Source: Promethearchaeota archaeon | GTDB taxonomy: Archaea; Asgardarchaeota; Hermodarchaeia; Hermodarchaeales; Hermodarchaeaceae | Direction: 5' to 3' | Assembly (NCBI GenBank): GCA_048939625.1 | Contig: JBHLPH010000001.1 | Coordinates: forward strand, 128,001 to 192,000 | DNA: 64,000 nucleotides | Translations under genes and position numbers: made by a program | The notes under the pieces: model-generated | The model's database searches: none | The model's input: the letters and a program-made list of their open reading frames with translations, nothing else | What the model was told of the DNA's origin: nothing | Shown: piece after piece, positions 30,023 through 38,891 of the stretch | How the letters are laid out: every line of letters starts with the position of its first letter | Numbering within the stretch: position 1 is the stretch's first letter

Positions 30023-31915
30023 TTAAATCTGCATGATGAGCATGAACGCCACAAGCAGCGTATAAATAGCAAGGGCTTCCGCTAACACCACTGGCACCAT
30101 GGACTTACTGAATACTTCTGGTTTATTCACCAAGGCACCTACCATGGAGGCACCAGCCCACCCAATCGCGACACCTGCGACGAGACCACCAAGGCCAACC
30201 GTCAAAGCAGCAGACAATCCCGTAAATGCTGTCGACATTGTTACTGTATCCATCCGCATGACTAACATAAAGGCAGCTAACAAACCGTAAATGCCGAGAG
30301 CCTCTGCCAGCACAACACTGACCAGCCCTTTACTGAAGGTTTCAGGAGCAAACCGCAGACTAGCACATAACGCAGCACCACCAAGCCCAATACCAATCCC
30401 TCCACCCAAAGCGGCAAGGGAAATTGAAGATCCCGCAGATATTGCCATAATTCCTTGCGCCATCGCTTGTGCGACATCAGGAGCAGCCGCTACCGTATCG
30501 ATACGCATCACAACCATAAAGCCAATTAACAAACCGTAAATGCCGAGAGCCTCTGCCAGCACAACACTGACCAGCCCTTTACTGAAAGCTTCAGGTCGCT
30601 CAGCTATCGTTTGACTGAGTGACTCGCCAGCATAAGCAATACCAAAGCCAGCACCGATACAGGATACACCAATTGCAATACCTGCACCTATACCCATAAG
30701 TCCTTGTGCGACAGCGAAGCCGGGATCTGTGCTGAGTCCGTCGATTCGCATGATTAACATGAAACTTAATAGTAGCCCATAAATGCCGAGGGCCTCTGCT
30801 AGCACAACGCTAACAAGACTCTTTGAGAATGCATCTGGGGCCCGGACTAGACTTCGACTCAACGCACCACCAGCTTTGGAAATACCATACCCAGCCCCAA
30901 TCGCGGCGAGTCCTATAGCCATGCCTGCAGCGAGACCTACTAATCCCTCCCCAAACAAAGCGACCTGCTCTATTCGCATTAGCAACATGAAACTTGCTAA
31001 TAAGCCGTAAATTCCCAAGGCCTCTGCCAGCACCACGGCGACTAAGCCCTTGCTAAATATCTCCGGCTTCTCGACAAGACTATCGGAGAGGGCTTCACCT
31101 GCTGAAGCGATACCAATTCCTGCACCAAGTGCTGCTAGCCCTATAGCGAGCCCAGCAGCCAGTGCAATTGTTCCAGCAGCAAGTTGTTGTTCGAGGGCTC
31201 CAGTGATTTGTTCGATTCGCATTAGGAGCATGAAACTTGCTAATAAGCCGTAAATTCCCAAAGCCTCTGCAAGCACAACACTGACCAGCCCTTTACTGAA
31301 GGTTTCAGGAGCACGAACCAAACTCTTGCACAGAGATGAGCCAGATTTAGCAATTCCAATGCCTGCACCAACCGCAGCGATACCGATTGCAAGTCCTGCG
31401 GCAATAGCAATGAGCCCCGCTCCAGGATTCGTAGCCACAGCACCTTCAATACGCATGAGAAGCATGAAGCTTGCTAGCAACCCGTAAATGCCAAGGGCCT
31501 CAGCTAACACAACTGAAACGAGGGCTTTACTGAAGGTTTCAGGGGCCTCCGCTAGACTGGTGCACATGCTACTCCCAGCATAGGCAATGCCAATCCCTGC
31601 CCCGATGGCTGCAATACCAATCGAGAGTCCGGCTCCGAGGGCAATCATGCCTTGGACCATATTGGTGATTGATGGTAGACGCATGAGTATCATGAATGAA
31701 GCGAGTAAGCCGTAAATTCCCAAGGCCTCTGCGAGGACAACAGCAATCATGCTTTTGCTGAAGGTTTCAGGTTTTTCGGCGATGGTGCCGATCATGGCGC
31801 TACCGCTGAAGCCGATGCCGATGGCGGCGCCTGCGGCGCCGAGTCCGGCAGCCAGGAGCGCGCCGAATGTGGCAAGAACCTGTCCCATGGCTTCTGGGGG
31901 TATCAGCTGCAGCAT
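30023..31915 (-). CDS. atpK: A/V-type ATP synthase proteolipid (subunit K/c) with 8 tandem hairpins
   Basis: Eight copies of P(E/D)xFSK..VVLAEAL(G/A)IY. Probable start ATG 31915, just after the atpI stop (630 aa). Confidence 0.93.
   Translation of the reverse strand: MLQLIPPEAMGQVLATFGALLAAGLGAAGAAIGIGFSGSAMIGTIAEKPETFSKSMIAVVLAEALGIYGLLASFMILMRLPSITNMVQGMIALGAGLSIGIAAIGAGIGIAYAGSSMCTSLAEAPETFSKALVSVVLAEALGIYGLLASFMLLMRIEGAVATNPGAGLIAIAAGLAIGIAAVGAGIGIAKSGSSLCKSLVRAPETFSKGLVSVVLAEALGIYGLLASFMLLMRIEQITGALEQQLAAGTIALAAGLAIGLAALGAGIGIASAGEALSDSLVEKPEIFSKGLVAVVLAEALGIYGLLASFMLLMRIEQVALFGEGLVGLAAGMAIGLAAIGAGYGISKAGGALSRSLVRAPDAFSKSLVSVVLAEALGIYGLLLSFMLIMRIDGLSTDPGFAVAQGLMGIGAGIAIGVSCIGAGFGIAYAGESLSQTIAERPEAFSKGLVSVVLAEALGIYGLLIGFMVVMRIDTVAAAPDVAQAMAQGIMAISAGSSISLAALGGGIGIGLGGAALCASLRFAPETFSKGLVSVVLAEALGIYGLLAAFMLVMRMDTVTMSTAFTGLSAALTVGLGGLVAGVAIGWAGASMVGALVNKPEVFSKSMVPVVLAEALAIYTLLVAFMLIMQI
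30278..30586. repeat. Exact 60-bp direct repeat between c-hairpins 7 and 6
   Basis: 30278-30337 is identical to 30527-30586. Confidence 0.9.
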
Positions 31916-31920
31916 TGCTA

Positions 31921-33867
31921 TCACTTCTTGGTGGTTGGTTCGGTGGTGGTCCATTTATCAGGGAGTTCGAGAGGCGTATACTCATACCCCGTGCCAGCAT
32001 AGAATTTTAGAAATGCCTCCACCCAAAGTAAACGTAAGCTGTGTATGAAGGAAAGGAGACCTTCCATGAGGAGGACGAAGACGGAAGCGAGGACGAGCAT
32101 ACCGATAAGCATTACTATAAACATGGTGCCTTCTGTAGCGATTTGGGAGAGGATAGAATTGATTTCAGCTGCATTGACGCCACCGATAAAGAGGAAGGTT
32201 TTGGCGAATCCAGCGTGGGCCATGTTGAGGGCGAGGATTCGAGAGTAGCTGATAGTGTTGCTGATGCTCTCGATGAGTTTTTCGATACCTTCCATGAATC
32301 CTTCCATGAAGCCGAAAACAACGATGCCTCCGATAAACATGATGACGGCTGGTAATATGAGGAAGAGGACCATGTCGATGATGGGCCAATTCATGAAGTT
32401 GATGCCATAGTTAAAGATCATATAGGCGAGACCCCAGAGGAAAGCAAGCCAGATGATTGGACCAAAGATAGCGTGGCGATAGTCACGGTGGCGGAGTTTG
32501 TTAATGGCGCTAAAGCCTATTGCGATACTAAGGTGGATAAAGCCAATCATGATACTGAGGACGAAAAGAATCCATGTCGGACTGGCGATATAAGTGGGAA
32601 GATGTTCAGGCATTTCGAATGCACTGAACCAGATTTGAGTTGGATGTCCAAGGGCGCCGCCAGTGACGAGCCATTCGTTATAAGGACTTTCCGCAAGGAC
32701 GAACCAATTGATGCCACCTTCAAAGTCGAAAAAGCGGAACAAATTGAGCAGGACATCTCGCATTCCTGTTCCAAAGGGTGATATTTTGAGCTGCTGATAC
32801 ACATACACGCCACCTACTTGGAGACCCGCAATATCGATGCCAAGAAACTCAGCGTACAAGAAACCAAAAAAGATAGACGAAATACCCAACATCATTAGGA
32901 GCCCTGAGCCCTGTATGAAATAGTTAACCATCTCGCCTGCATCGATGTTCCGGCGTTTGGCGATGAACCCTAGAGAAGAAAAAAATACAAGCAAGAGTCC
33001 ATGTCCGATGTCGCCGAACATGAGGCCAAAAAACAGTGGTAGGCTGAGGAGGAGGAACCAGGTTGGGTCGATTTCGGTGTGGTGTGGGAGACCAAAGGCG
33101 TTGGTGAGAATTTGGGCGCTTCGAGCCCATCGAGAGTTTTCCTGTTTGGTTGGTGGTGCCACGGGTTCTTCGGGAGTAACTGCGCCTTCGAGGGGTCCTG
33201 TGTCCCCTGCATAATGTTCTTGTTCGGGTTTGTCAGTATGCTTTTCAATTGTGAGGGAGACAGTGGTGTTTCCGTGTTTTTCCAGAATTTTTGTGAATTC
33301 TTTCTCTTTTTTTGCAGGAATCCAGCCATACATGACATAAGTGCGATGGGTTTTTCCGAAGAGGGTTTTAGTTTCTTCGATTTGGTGTTCCCGTTTGACG
33401 AGTTCTTCCCATCCAAGTAATTCATATCGGTGTTCTTCGGCGTAGCCTTCGATTTCTTTTTTTGTGGCCTTTTTGACTTTCTTGTTCCCAGCGGCTTCAG
33501 CAGCTTCGAATTGTTTGGTGAGGTCTGTGAAACCGTCTTCAATGGCTTTGAGTTTTTTTTCCATGGTTTCGAAGTAGGCTTGATCAGGGATGTCTGGAAC
33601 TTCTAGGCGGTGTTTGGCTGATCCGCCTCGATAAACCTGCATATCAGTCATGAGAGAGGTGAGGCGAGTTAGTAGATTGGATAGGTAATAGAAACGTTCA
33701 GAAGCTTCAACTGGAGCGAGAGCTTTAAGGTGTTTTTTCTGACTTTCTTTCACGTCGGAAAAGTGGACGAGTTCGGTGCTTGCCAGGAGGCGCAATGTTG
33801 CATCCATATCAGTGTCTAGTACCACGGCTGTGAGGTTACTCATTTTCGCTGGGAGCATCGGAGCCAA
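31921..33867 (-). CDS. atpI: A/V-type ATP synthase subunit I (a)
   Basis: EIDPT, FFGLMFGD.GHG, SNTISYSRILAL..AH, EGL..FIHSLRL.WVE.F.KFY.G.G. Confidence 0.95.
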   Translation of the reverse strand: MAPMLPAKMSNLTAVVLDTDMDATLRLLASTELVHFSDVKESQKKHLKALAPVEASERFYYLSNLLTRLTSLMTDMQVYRGGSAKHRLEVPDIPDQAYFETMEKKLKAIEDGFTDLTKQFEAAEAAGNKKVKKATKKEIEGYAEEHRYELLGWEELVKREHQIEETKTLFGKTHRTYVMYGWIPAKKEKEFTKILEKHGNTTVSLTIEKHTDKPEQEHYAGDTGPLEGAVTPEEPVAPPTKQENSRWARSAQILTNAFGLPHHTEIDPTWFLLLSLPLFFGLMFGDIGHGLLLVFFSSLGFIAKRRNIDAGEMVNYFIQGSGLLMMLGISSIFFGFLYAEFLGIDIAGLQVGGVYVYQQLKISPFGTGMRDVLLNLFRFFDFEGGINWFVLAESPYNEWLVTGGALGHPTQIWFSAFEMPEHLPTYIASPTWILFVLSIMIGFIHLSIAIGFSAINKLRHRDYRHAIFGPIIWLAFLWGLAYMIFNYGINFMNWPIIDMVLFLILPAVIMFIGGIVVFGFMEGFMEGIEKLIESISNTISYSRILALNMAHAGFAKTFLFIGGVNAAEINSILSQIATEGTMFIVMLIGMLVLASVFVLLMEGLLSFIHSLRLLWVEAFLKFYAGTGYEYTPLELPDKWTTTEPTTKK

Positions 33868-34141
33868 TTCTTACACCATCGGTACGGTTGATTCACTTCG
33901 GAGTAGGGCTACAGTAACGGTTAGGTAAAAAAGGCTTCCTCTAGTTTGGGCTCTTGGAATTGCCTAACCCATAACATTTATGTGCAAACTAGAAATCTAT
34001 CACGCTTGGTGAATTACCATGGGGTATTTAGTTTGCCTTCATTAGCCCCGCGGTGACACCACAAACCATCTCCTTTTCTGACCAAAGTCGATTATATTCA
34101 ATTAATGGAAAGAAGAGTAAAGGTATAAAGCCCAGTGGAGG

Positions 34142-35653
34142 ATGGACGTGGTGACATCGCTTTCTCGTCGTCGAATGTCGTCGGATTTGTTGATTTACAA
34201 TTCGTTGACTCGAAAGAAGGAACCGTTTGTTCCACTTGAATCGGGCAAGGTTCGAATGTATACTTGCGGGTTGACCGTGAACTATCTAATGCATATTGGT
34301 CATGCCCGAACCTATATTTTCTGGGATGTGGTAGAACGATTCCTAGAATATCTAGGGTATGATGTACGTCATGTTTCGAACATCACTGATATCAGTGTAG
34401 ATGACAACATCCTGAAACGTGTTCGAGCAAGTGGTGAAGCATTTCAACAACTTACCACACAGCATACCCAGGACTACTACCAGGATCGCTACACATTGGG
34501 AATCCGGAATCCGTATACCTATGCTATTGCGACACAGCATATCCAGGAGATGATCGAGTTGGTGCAGCAATTACTCGATCTGGGGTTTGCTTATGAAGCA
34601 GAAGATGGAGTCTATTTCCGGATTAGTAAATTTCCACAGTATGGCCAGCTAGCAGGATTAGATCCTGCGAGCTTGAAAGTAGGAGCGAGTGGACGGGTCG
34701 ATAAGGACCAATATAACAAAGAGCATGCCGGGGATTTTGCCCTCTGGAAAAGAGCGAAACCTGGTGAACCATTTTGGTATAGCCCTTGGGGACCCGGTCG
34801 ACCAGGCTGGCACATTGAATGCAGCGCTATGTCCATGAAGTATTTGGGGACAACGTTGGATATCTCAGGTGGCGGAGAAGACAATCTGTTCCCCCATCAT
34901 GAAAACTCTATCGCCCAGAGCCAGGCAGCTACTGGCAAGCCGTACGTGCGGTACTGGATGCATGTCCGGCACCTCAATGTGGGTAGAGCAAAAATGTCAA
35001 AGTCCACTGGGAACTTCCTGACGGTTCGTGAAGCTGTAGAAGCCCACGGAGCAGCGACGTTACGACTCTTCCTATTAGCAACACATTACCGTAAACCAAT
35101 TACTTTTGATCAAAAGGAGGTGGAGCGCAAAGCGCAAAAACTGGATCGGCTTCGCCAATTGTTAACTCGGTTAAGGAGTCTGACTATGACTCCTTCCAAT
35201 ATCACTGAGGATAAATCCAAAGAAGCTCGCGTCGTATCGAAGAGTCGTGAAAGGTTTATTGCAGCCTTATTAGATGATTTCAATACAGGGCGAGCGGTTA
35301 ATCACTTCTTTGGCCTGGTAAATCAGGTCTACGGTCAACTTGAAACGGACCCCGATTTCAATATCGCAACAGCTCATGCATTACTCAACTTCTTCGGTGA
35401 AGCAGGCCGTATTTTGCTTGGTGACCTCTACATCCGAGAAATCCTACCCAAGGCGGATCCGATAATCAAATCCTTGGTCGAGTTATTGTTGAGTGAACGG
35501 GCACGGTTACGGAATCAGAAACACTATCAAGAAGCTGATGCCATCCGGGTAAAGCTTCAAGAAGTTGGATTCAAGGTAACCGATACAAAAGATCGAACAC
35601 TTTGGTGGAAGAAGTCAGTGAATCAAAAGGAAAAATCTAGAGACGCCCACTGA
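34142..35653 (+). CDS. cysS: Cysteinyl-tRNA synthetase
   Basis: YTCG, HIGH, DFALWK, GRPGWHIECSAM, FPHHEN, KMSKS. Confidence 0.96.
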   Translation: MDVVTSLSRRRMSSDLLIYNSLTRKKEPFVPLESGKVRMYTCGLTVNYLMHIGHARTYIFWDVVERFLEYLGYDVRHVSNITDISVDDNILKRVRASGEAFQQLTTQHTQDYYQDRYTLGIRNPYTYAIATQHIQEMIELVQQLLDLGFAYEAEDGVYFRISKFPQYGQLAGLDPASLKVGASGRVDKDQYNKEHAGDFALWKRAKPGEPFWYSPWGPGRPGWHIECSAMSMKYLGTTLDISGGGEDNLFPHHENSIAQSQAATGKPYVRYWMHVRHLNVGRAKMSKSTGNFLTVREAVEAHGAATLRLFLLATHYRKPITFDQKEVERKAQKLDRLRQLLTRLRSLTMTPSNITEDKSKEARVVSKSRERFIAALLDDFNTGRAVNHFFGLVNQVYGQLETDPDFNIATAHALLNFFGEAGRILLGDLYIREILPKADPIIKSLVELLLSERARLRNQKHYQEADAIRVKLQEVGFKVTDTKDRTLWWKKSVNQKEKSRDAH

Positions 35654-35663
35654 AGGTGGGCGT
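35643..35663. terminator. Hairpin between convergent cysS and nuoN-like genes
   Basis: ACGCCCAC-tgaag-GTGGGCGT, perfect 8-bp stem. Confidence 0.5.
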
Positions 35664-35672
35664 TAAAGTTAC

Positions 35673-37292
35673 TTAGGCTGTTGGAATGGGTGGTAGCGGA
35701 AGAGCTCCAGCGGCTTGTAATGCAAAGTCGACAAAGACACCGGGGAAGAGGCCAAAGAGGATGATGAAAATCATTAGCACTCCTATGACGAAGAGAAAGA
35801 GCCAGTGAGGGCGTTTCGCTGTAGCGGCTTCGGGGCTAGGTTCTGAGAAGACAAGGAATTGAATCATTCGCAAGTAATAGACGACACTGAAGGCACTCAT
35901 CAGAACCATGATGATGGTGGCAAGGTAAGCGCTTGCGACGATTGAGCCCCAGATGATGTAGAATTTACTATAGAAGCCAACTAGTGGTGGGACACCCGCA
36001 AGGGAAAGAGCAGCAATGGTGAAGCAGAACATCACGAATGGCATGCGGCGACCGACACCTTGCAGTTTATCCAAATCGCGAGTCCCTATTTGGTGCAAGA
36101 AAATTCCGGCAATTAAAAAGAGCATACCCTTGGCGAGCATGTGGCTGAAGATATGGAGTAGGCTTCCGGTCACCGAGTATGTGAGAGCTTCTTGGGGAAC
36201 CCATGGGGCATGGGGCATCATGGCGACGCTGAAACCAAAGATGATGAAGCCAACGTTTACTATTGTCGAGTAGGCGAGAAGACGTTTCAGATCCTTTTGG
36301 GTTAGCGCCATGAGGTTACCATAAATCATCGTGAAGAGGGCAAACCAGCTGATGACAGCACCGTAGTAGACGAACAGATATGGGTCGAAGAAGAGGACCA
36401 AGAGCCGAATAATCGCATAAGCACCGGTCATGATGACGACCCCACTAAGCATGGCGCTGATGCCACTGGGAGCAGCTGGATGGGCATCAGGTAACCAAGT
36501 AGAGAGTGGGGCGATGGCAGCTTTGACACCGAAACCAATTATCAGACCAACAATAGCGAAGATAAGAACACCATAAATCGCGGAGGTGGCTGCTGGTGGT
36601 CCAACGAGGAGGGCAGCGAGCGCGGGACCAATTTGATAGAGGTTGAGTGTGCCTGTCAGTCCATAAAGAATGGACATTGTGAATAGGATTAAGGTTGAAC
36701 CAACAGCACTGAGAAGCAAATATTTGATACCAGCTTCGAGAGGTTCCGCTTCCTCTCGGCGGAAGGCAACCAGGACATAGCTGCTGATGGACATAGTTTC
36801 CCAGAGAATGAAAAGGGTGAAGAAATCACCTGCGAAAACCACTCCAATCATGCCACCGACTAGTGTGAGAAGGAGGGCATAATAGAGTGGGAGGCGTGTG
36901 TCGTGCTCCATGTATTTAATTGAGTAGAGGGAGACGAGGATTGCAAGGGTTAGGAAGATAACGGACATATACACGGTTAGCATGTCAATGCGGAAGAAGG
37001 TGGCACCGGTTGAGGCATCAAAGGCACCCAAGGGCCAATACCAGATTTCGATCGGTCCGCTAGTGAGTACCTGCCAGTAAAGCCCTAAAGTTGACCCTCC
37101 CCAGAGAGTGGTAATTGAAAGAGGCCAAAATATGATTAGTAGACCTAATATGAAGAACAGGGCAGCAAGTACGCCTAAACTTGTCTTGCGTCGGTCCTGC
37201 CAGAATTTACCTAGTAACCCAAGGATGAGGGCACCGACGAAAGGTAACCAGAGGGGTATGAGTTGAATCCATTCTGTGGGTCCAATTGCCAT
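35673..37292 (-). CDS. Antiporter-like subunit (NuoN/MrpD type)
   Basis: LWE.MS..SY.LV, EAG.KY, K...AP..WLPDAH, DLKRLLAYS. Confidence 0.88.
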   Translation of the reverse strand: MAIGPTEWIQLIPLWLPFVGALILGLLGKFWQDRRKTSLGVLAALFFILGLLIIFWPLSITTLWGGSTLGLYWQVLTSGPIEIWYWPLGAFDASTGATFFRIDMLTVYMSVIFLTLAILVSLYSIKYMEHDTRLPLYYALLLTLVGGMIGVVFAGDFFTLFILWETMSISSYVLVAFRREEAEPLEAGIKYLLLSAVGSTLILFTMSILYGLTGTLNLYQIGPALAALLVGPPAATSAIYGVLIFAIVGLIIGFGVKAAIAPLSTWLPDAHPAAPSGISAMLSGVVIMTGAYAIIRLLVLFFDPYLFVYYGAVISWFALFTMIYGNLMALTQKDLKRLLAYSTIVNVGFIIFGFSVAMMPHAPWVPQEALTYSVTGSLLHIFSHMLAKGMLFLIAGIFLHQIGTRDLDKLQGVGRRMPFVMFCFTIAALSLAGVPPLVGFYSKFYIIWGSIVASAYLATIIMVLMSAFSVVYYLRMIQFLVFSEPSPEAATAKRPHWLFLFVIGVLMIFIILFGLFPGVFVDFALQAAGALPLPPIPTA

Positions 37293-37308
37293 CTTTTTTC
37301 AGCCTCCA

Positions 37309-38880
37309 TTATGGGGGAACTAAGGGGAACCCTGGTGGGAACCAGGGGAGTTGTTGTGTGAATGCTGTGAAAAGCGGGTTCACCACGATCATTGGCCAAA
37401 TTCCAATGATAATGATAAGCGCCGCTAGTAGGAGCATGGAAAGTCGCATGATCCATGGACTCTCAGTGATATTTTCCAAGTCCGCAGGTGTCTCGCCGAA
37501 GAAGACGCGTTTCACAAACCAGAGGACATAGGCAGCGGTTAGGGCTGATCCGGCAACCGCGAAGATGAGGAGCCAGATTGTGTACGCAAAAGCAGCTCCG
37601 CCGAAGATAAAGAATTCGGAGAAGAATCCTGCTAAGGGAGGAGTGCCAGCAAGACTCAAGCCTGCAATCAGTGCAATGGTGGCAGTCCAAGGCATTTTCC
37701 TCCCCAAACCACCCAATGCGTCGATGTCTCGACCTCGTTGATGACCCACCTGAACGATGAGGACACCTGCAACCATAAACAAGAGCCCTTTGCCAAGGGC
37801 GTGGGTGAAGATGTGGAAGGCAGCCCCTGTCACGCCAAGAAGGACAGCGGTTCCGAGTCCGAAGAAGATGTAACCCATCTGAGATATAGATGAGTATGCA
37901 AAGAGCCGTTTCGTGTCCTTTTGAGCCAGCGCCATTGCTCCACCGTAGAACATGGTAACGATGCCAAAGATCATAATTACCATCACGAAGGCGCCAAAGG
38001 CAGGAAGCATATAGCCCATTAAAATCCTGATAATCGCATACGCTGCGGTGGCAATCATTACACCAGACAAGATTGCACTAATTGGAGTGGGAGCTTCAGC
38101 GTGAGCATCGGGTAACCACGAGTGAATCGGGAAGACCGCCATCTTGACCGCAAATCCAATGGTAAAGAGGACCACCAATATCTTAGCAAGTTCGAAGAAC
38201 CCTGCATAGATTGTTGGGACAGGAACCCCAGCAGCCCATATCCAGCTTAGGTCAATCACTTGGCTGGGTCCACCTACACTTGAGAAGTCAACTAAGCTGA
38301 GGGTGGCAACACCATTGATAGCAGATAACGTATACATACCCGCAATGCCCACGATGATAAGTACTGCACCAACGTGTGTGTAGATGAAGTATTTCAGGGC
38401 GATTTTGGTGGATTGAGGTTTGGTGCCCCATTCAGCGATGAGGAAGTAGCTGGGGATCAGCATCAGTTCCCAGAGGACGTAAAATTGGAAGAGGTTGGTA
38501 GCAATCACTACTCCAAAAATGCCCGCATTGTAGAGTAGAAGCAGGGCATAGTATTTGCCGTGTCCATGTTCCTTCTGCATGTACACTAATGAATAGATAG
38601 TTGCGGCCATGGTGAGTATAATGATGATTCCAGCTACTGTGATACTGAGTCCATCAAGGAGCCAACCAAAGACGAAGGGTCCCCAAACGAACCATTCGAG
38701 GTAGACGCCTGTAAGCGTTGCTTCCCACCATGCGAGGGCATAGGTAACAAGACTAACGAGCATAATCACAACTGCAAAGATTCCGGAATAGCGTCCATTA
38801 CGCCGTCCAATGATGTAAGCAATCAGCGATCCGAATATCATGAGTAACATGGTAATTGAGAGCCAGGGTACGAGCGCCAT
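37309..38880 (-). CDS. nuoM: Antiporter-like subunit NuoM
   Basis: WELMLIPSYFLI..WG, VKM..FP.HSWLPDAH.EAP, AYSSISQMG. Confidence 0.88.
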   Translation of the reverse strand: MALVPWLSITMLLMIFGSLIAYIIGRRNGRYSGIFAVVIMLVSLVTYALAWWEATLTGVYLEWFVWGPFVFGWLLDGLSITVAGIIIILTMAATIYSLVYMQKEHGHGKYYALLLLYNAGIFGVVIATNLFQFYVLWELMLIPSYFLIAEWGTKPQSTKIALKYFIYTHVGAVLIIVGIAGMYTLSAINGVATLSLVDFSSVGGPSQVIDLSWIWAAGVPVPTIYAGFFELAKILVVLFTIGFAVKMAVFPIHSWLPDAHAEAPTPISAILSGVMIATAAYAIIRILMGYMLPAFGAFVMVIMIFGIVTMFYGGAMALAQKDTKRLFAYSSISQMGYIFFGLGTAVLLGVTGAAFHIFTHALGKGLLFMVAGVLIVQVGHQRGRDIDALGGLGRKMPWTATIALIAGLSLAGTPPLAGFFSEFFIFGGAAFAYTIWLLIFAVAGSALTAAYVLWFVKRVFFGETPADLENITESPWIMRLSMLLLAALIIIIGIWPMIVVNPLFTAFTQQLPWFPPGFPLVPP

Positions 38881-38891
38881 CTTGTATCACC

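Noticed and set aside
30023-31954. Eight separate c-subunit genes or a frameshifted array
   Set aside because: One uninterrupted reading frame with distinct linkers between hairpins.
32970-33542. 190-aa Lys-rich alternative-frame ORF inside atpI
   Set aside because: Explained by the A-rich codons of the charged atpI domain; no independent support.
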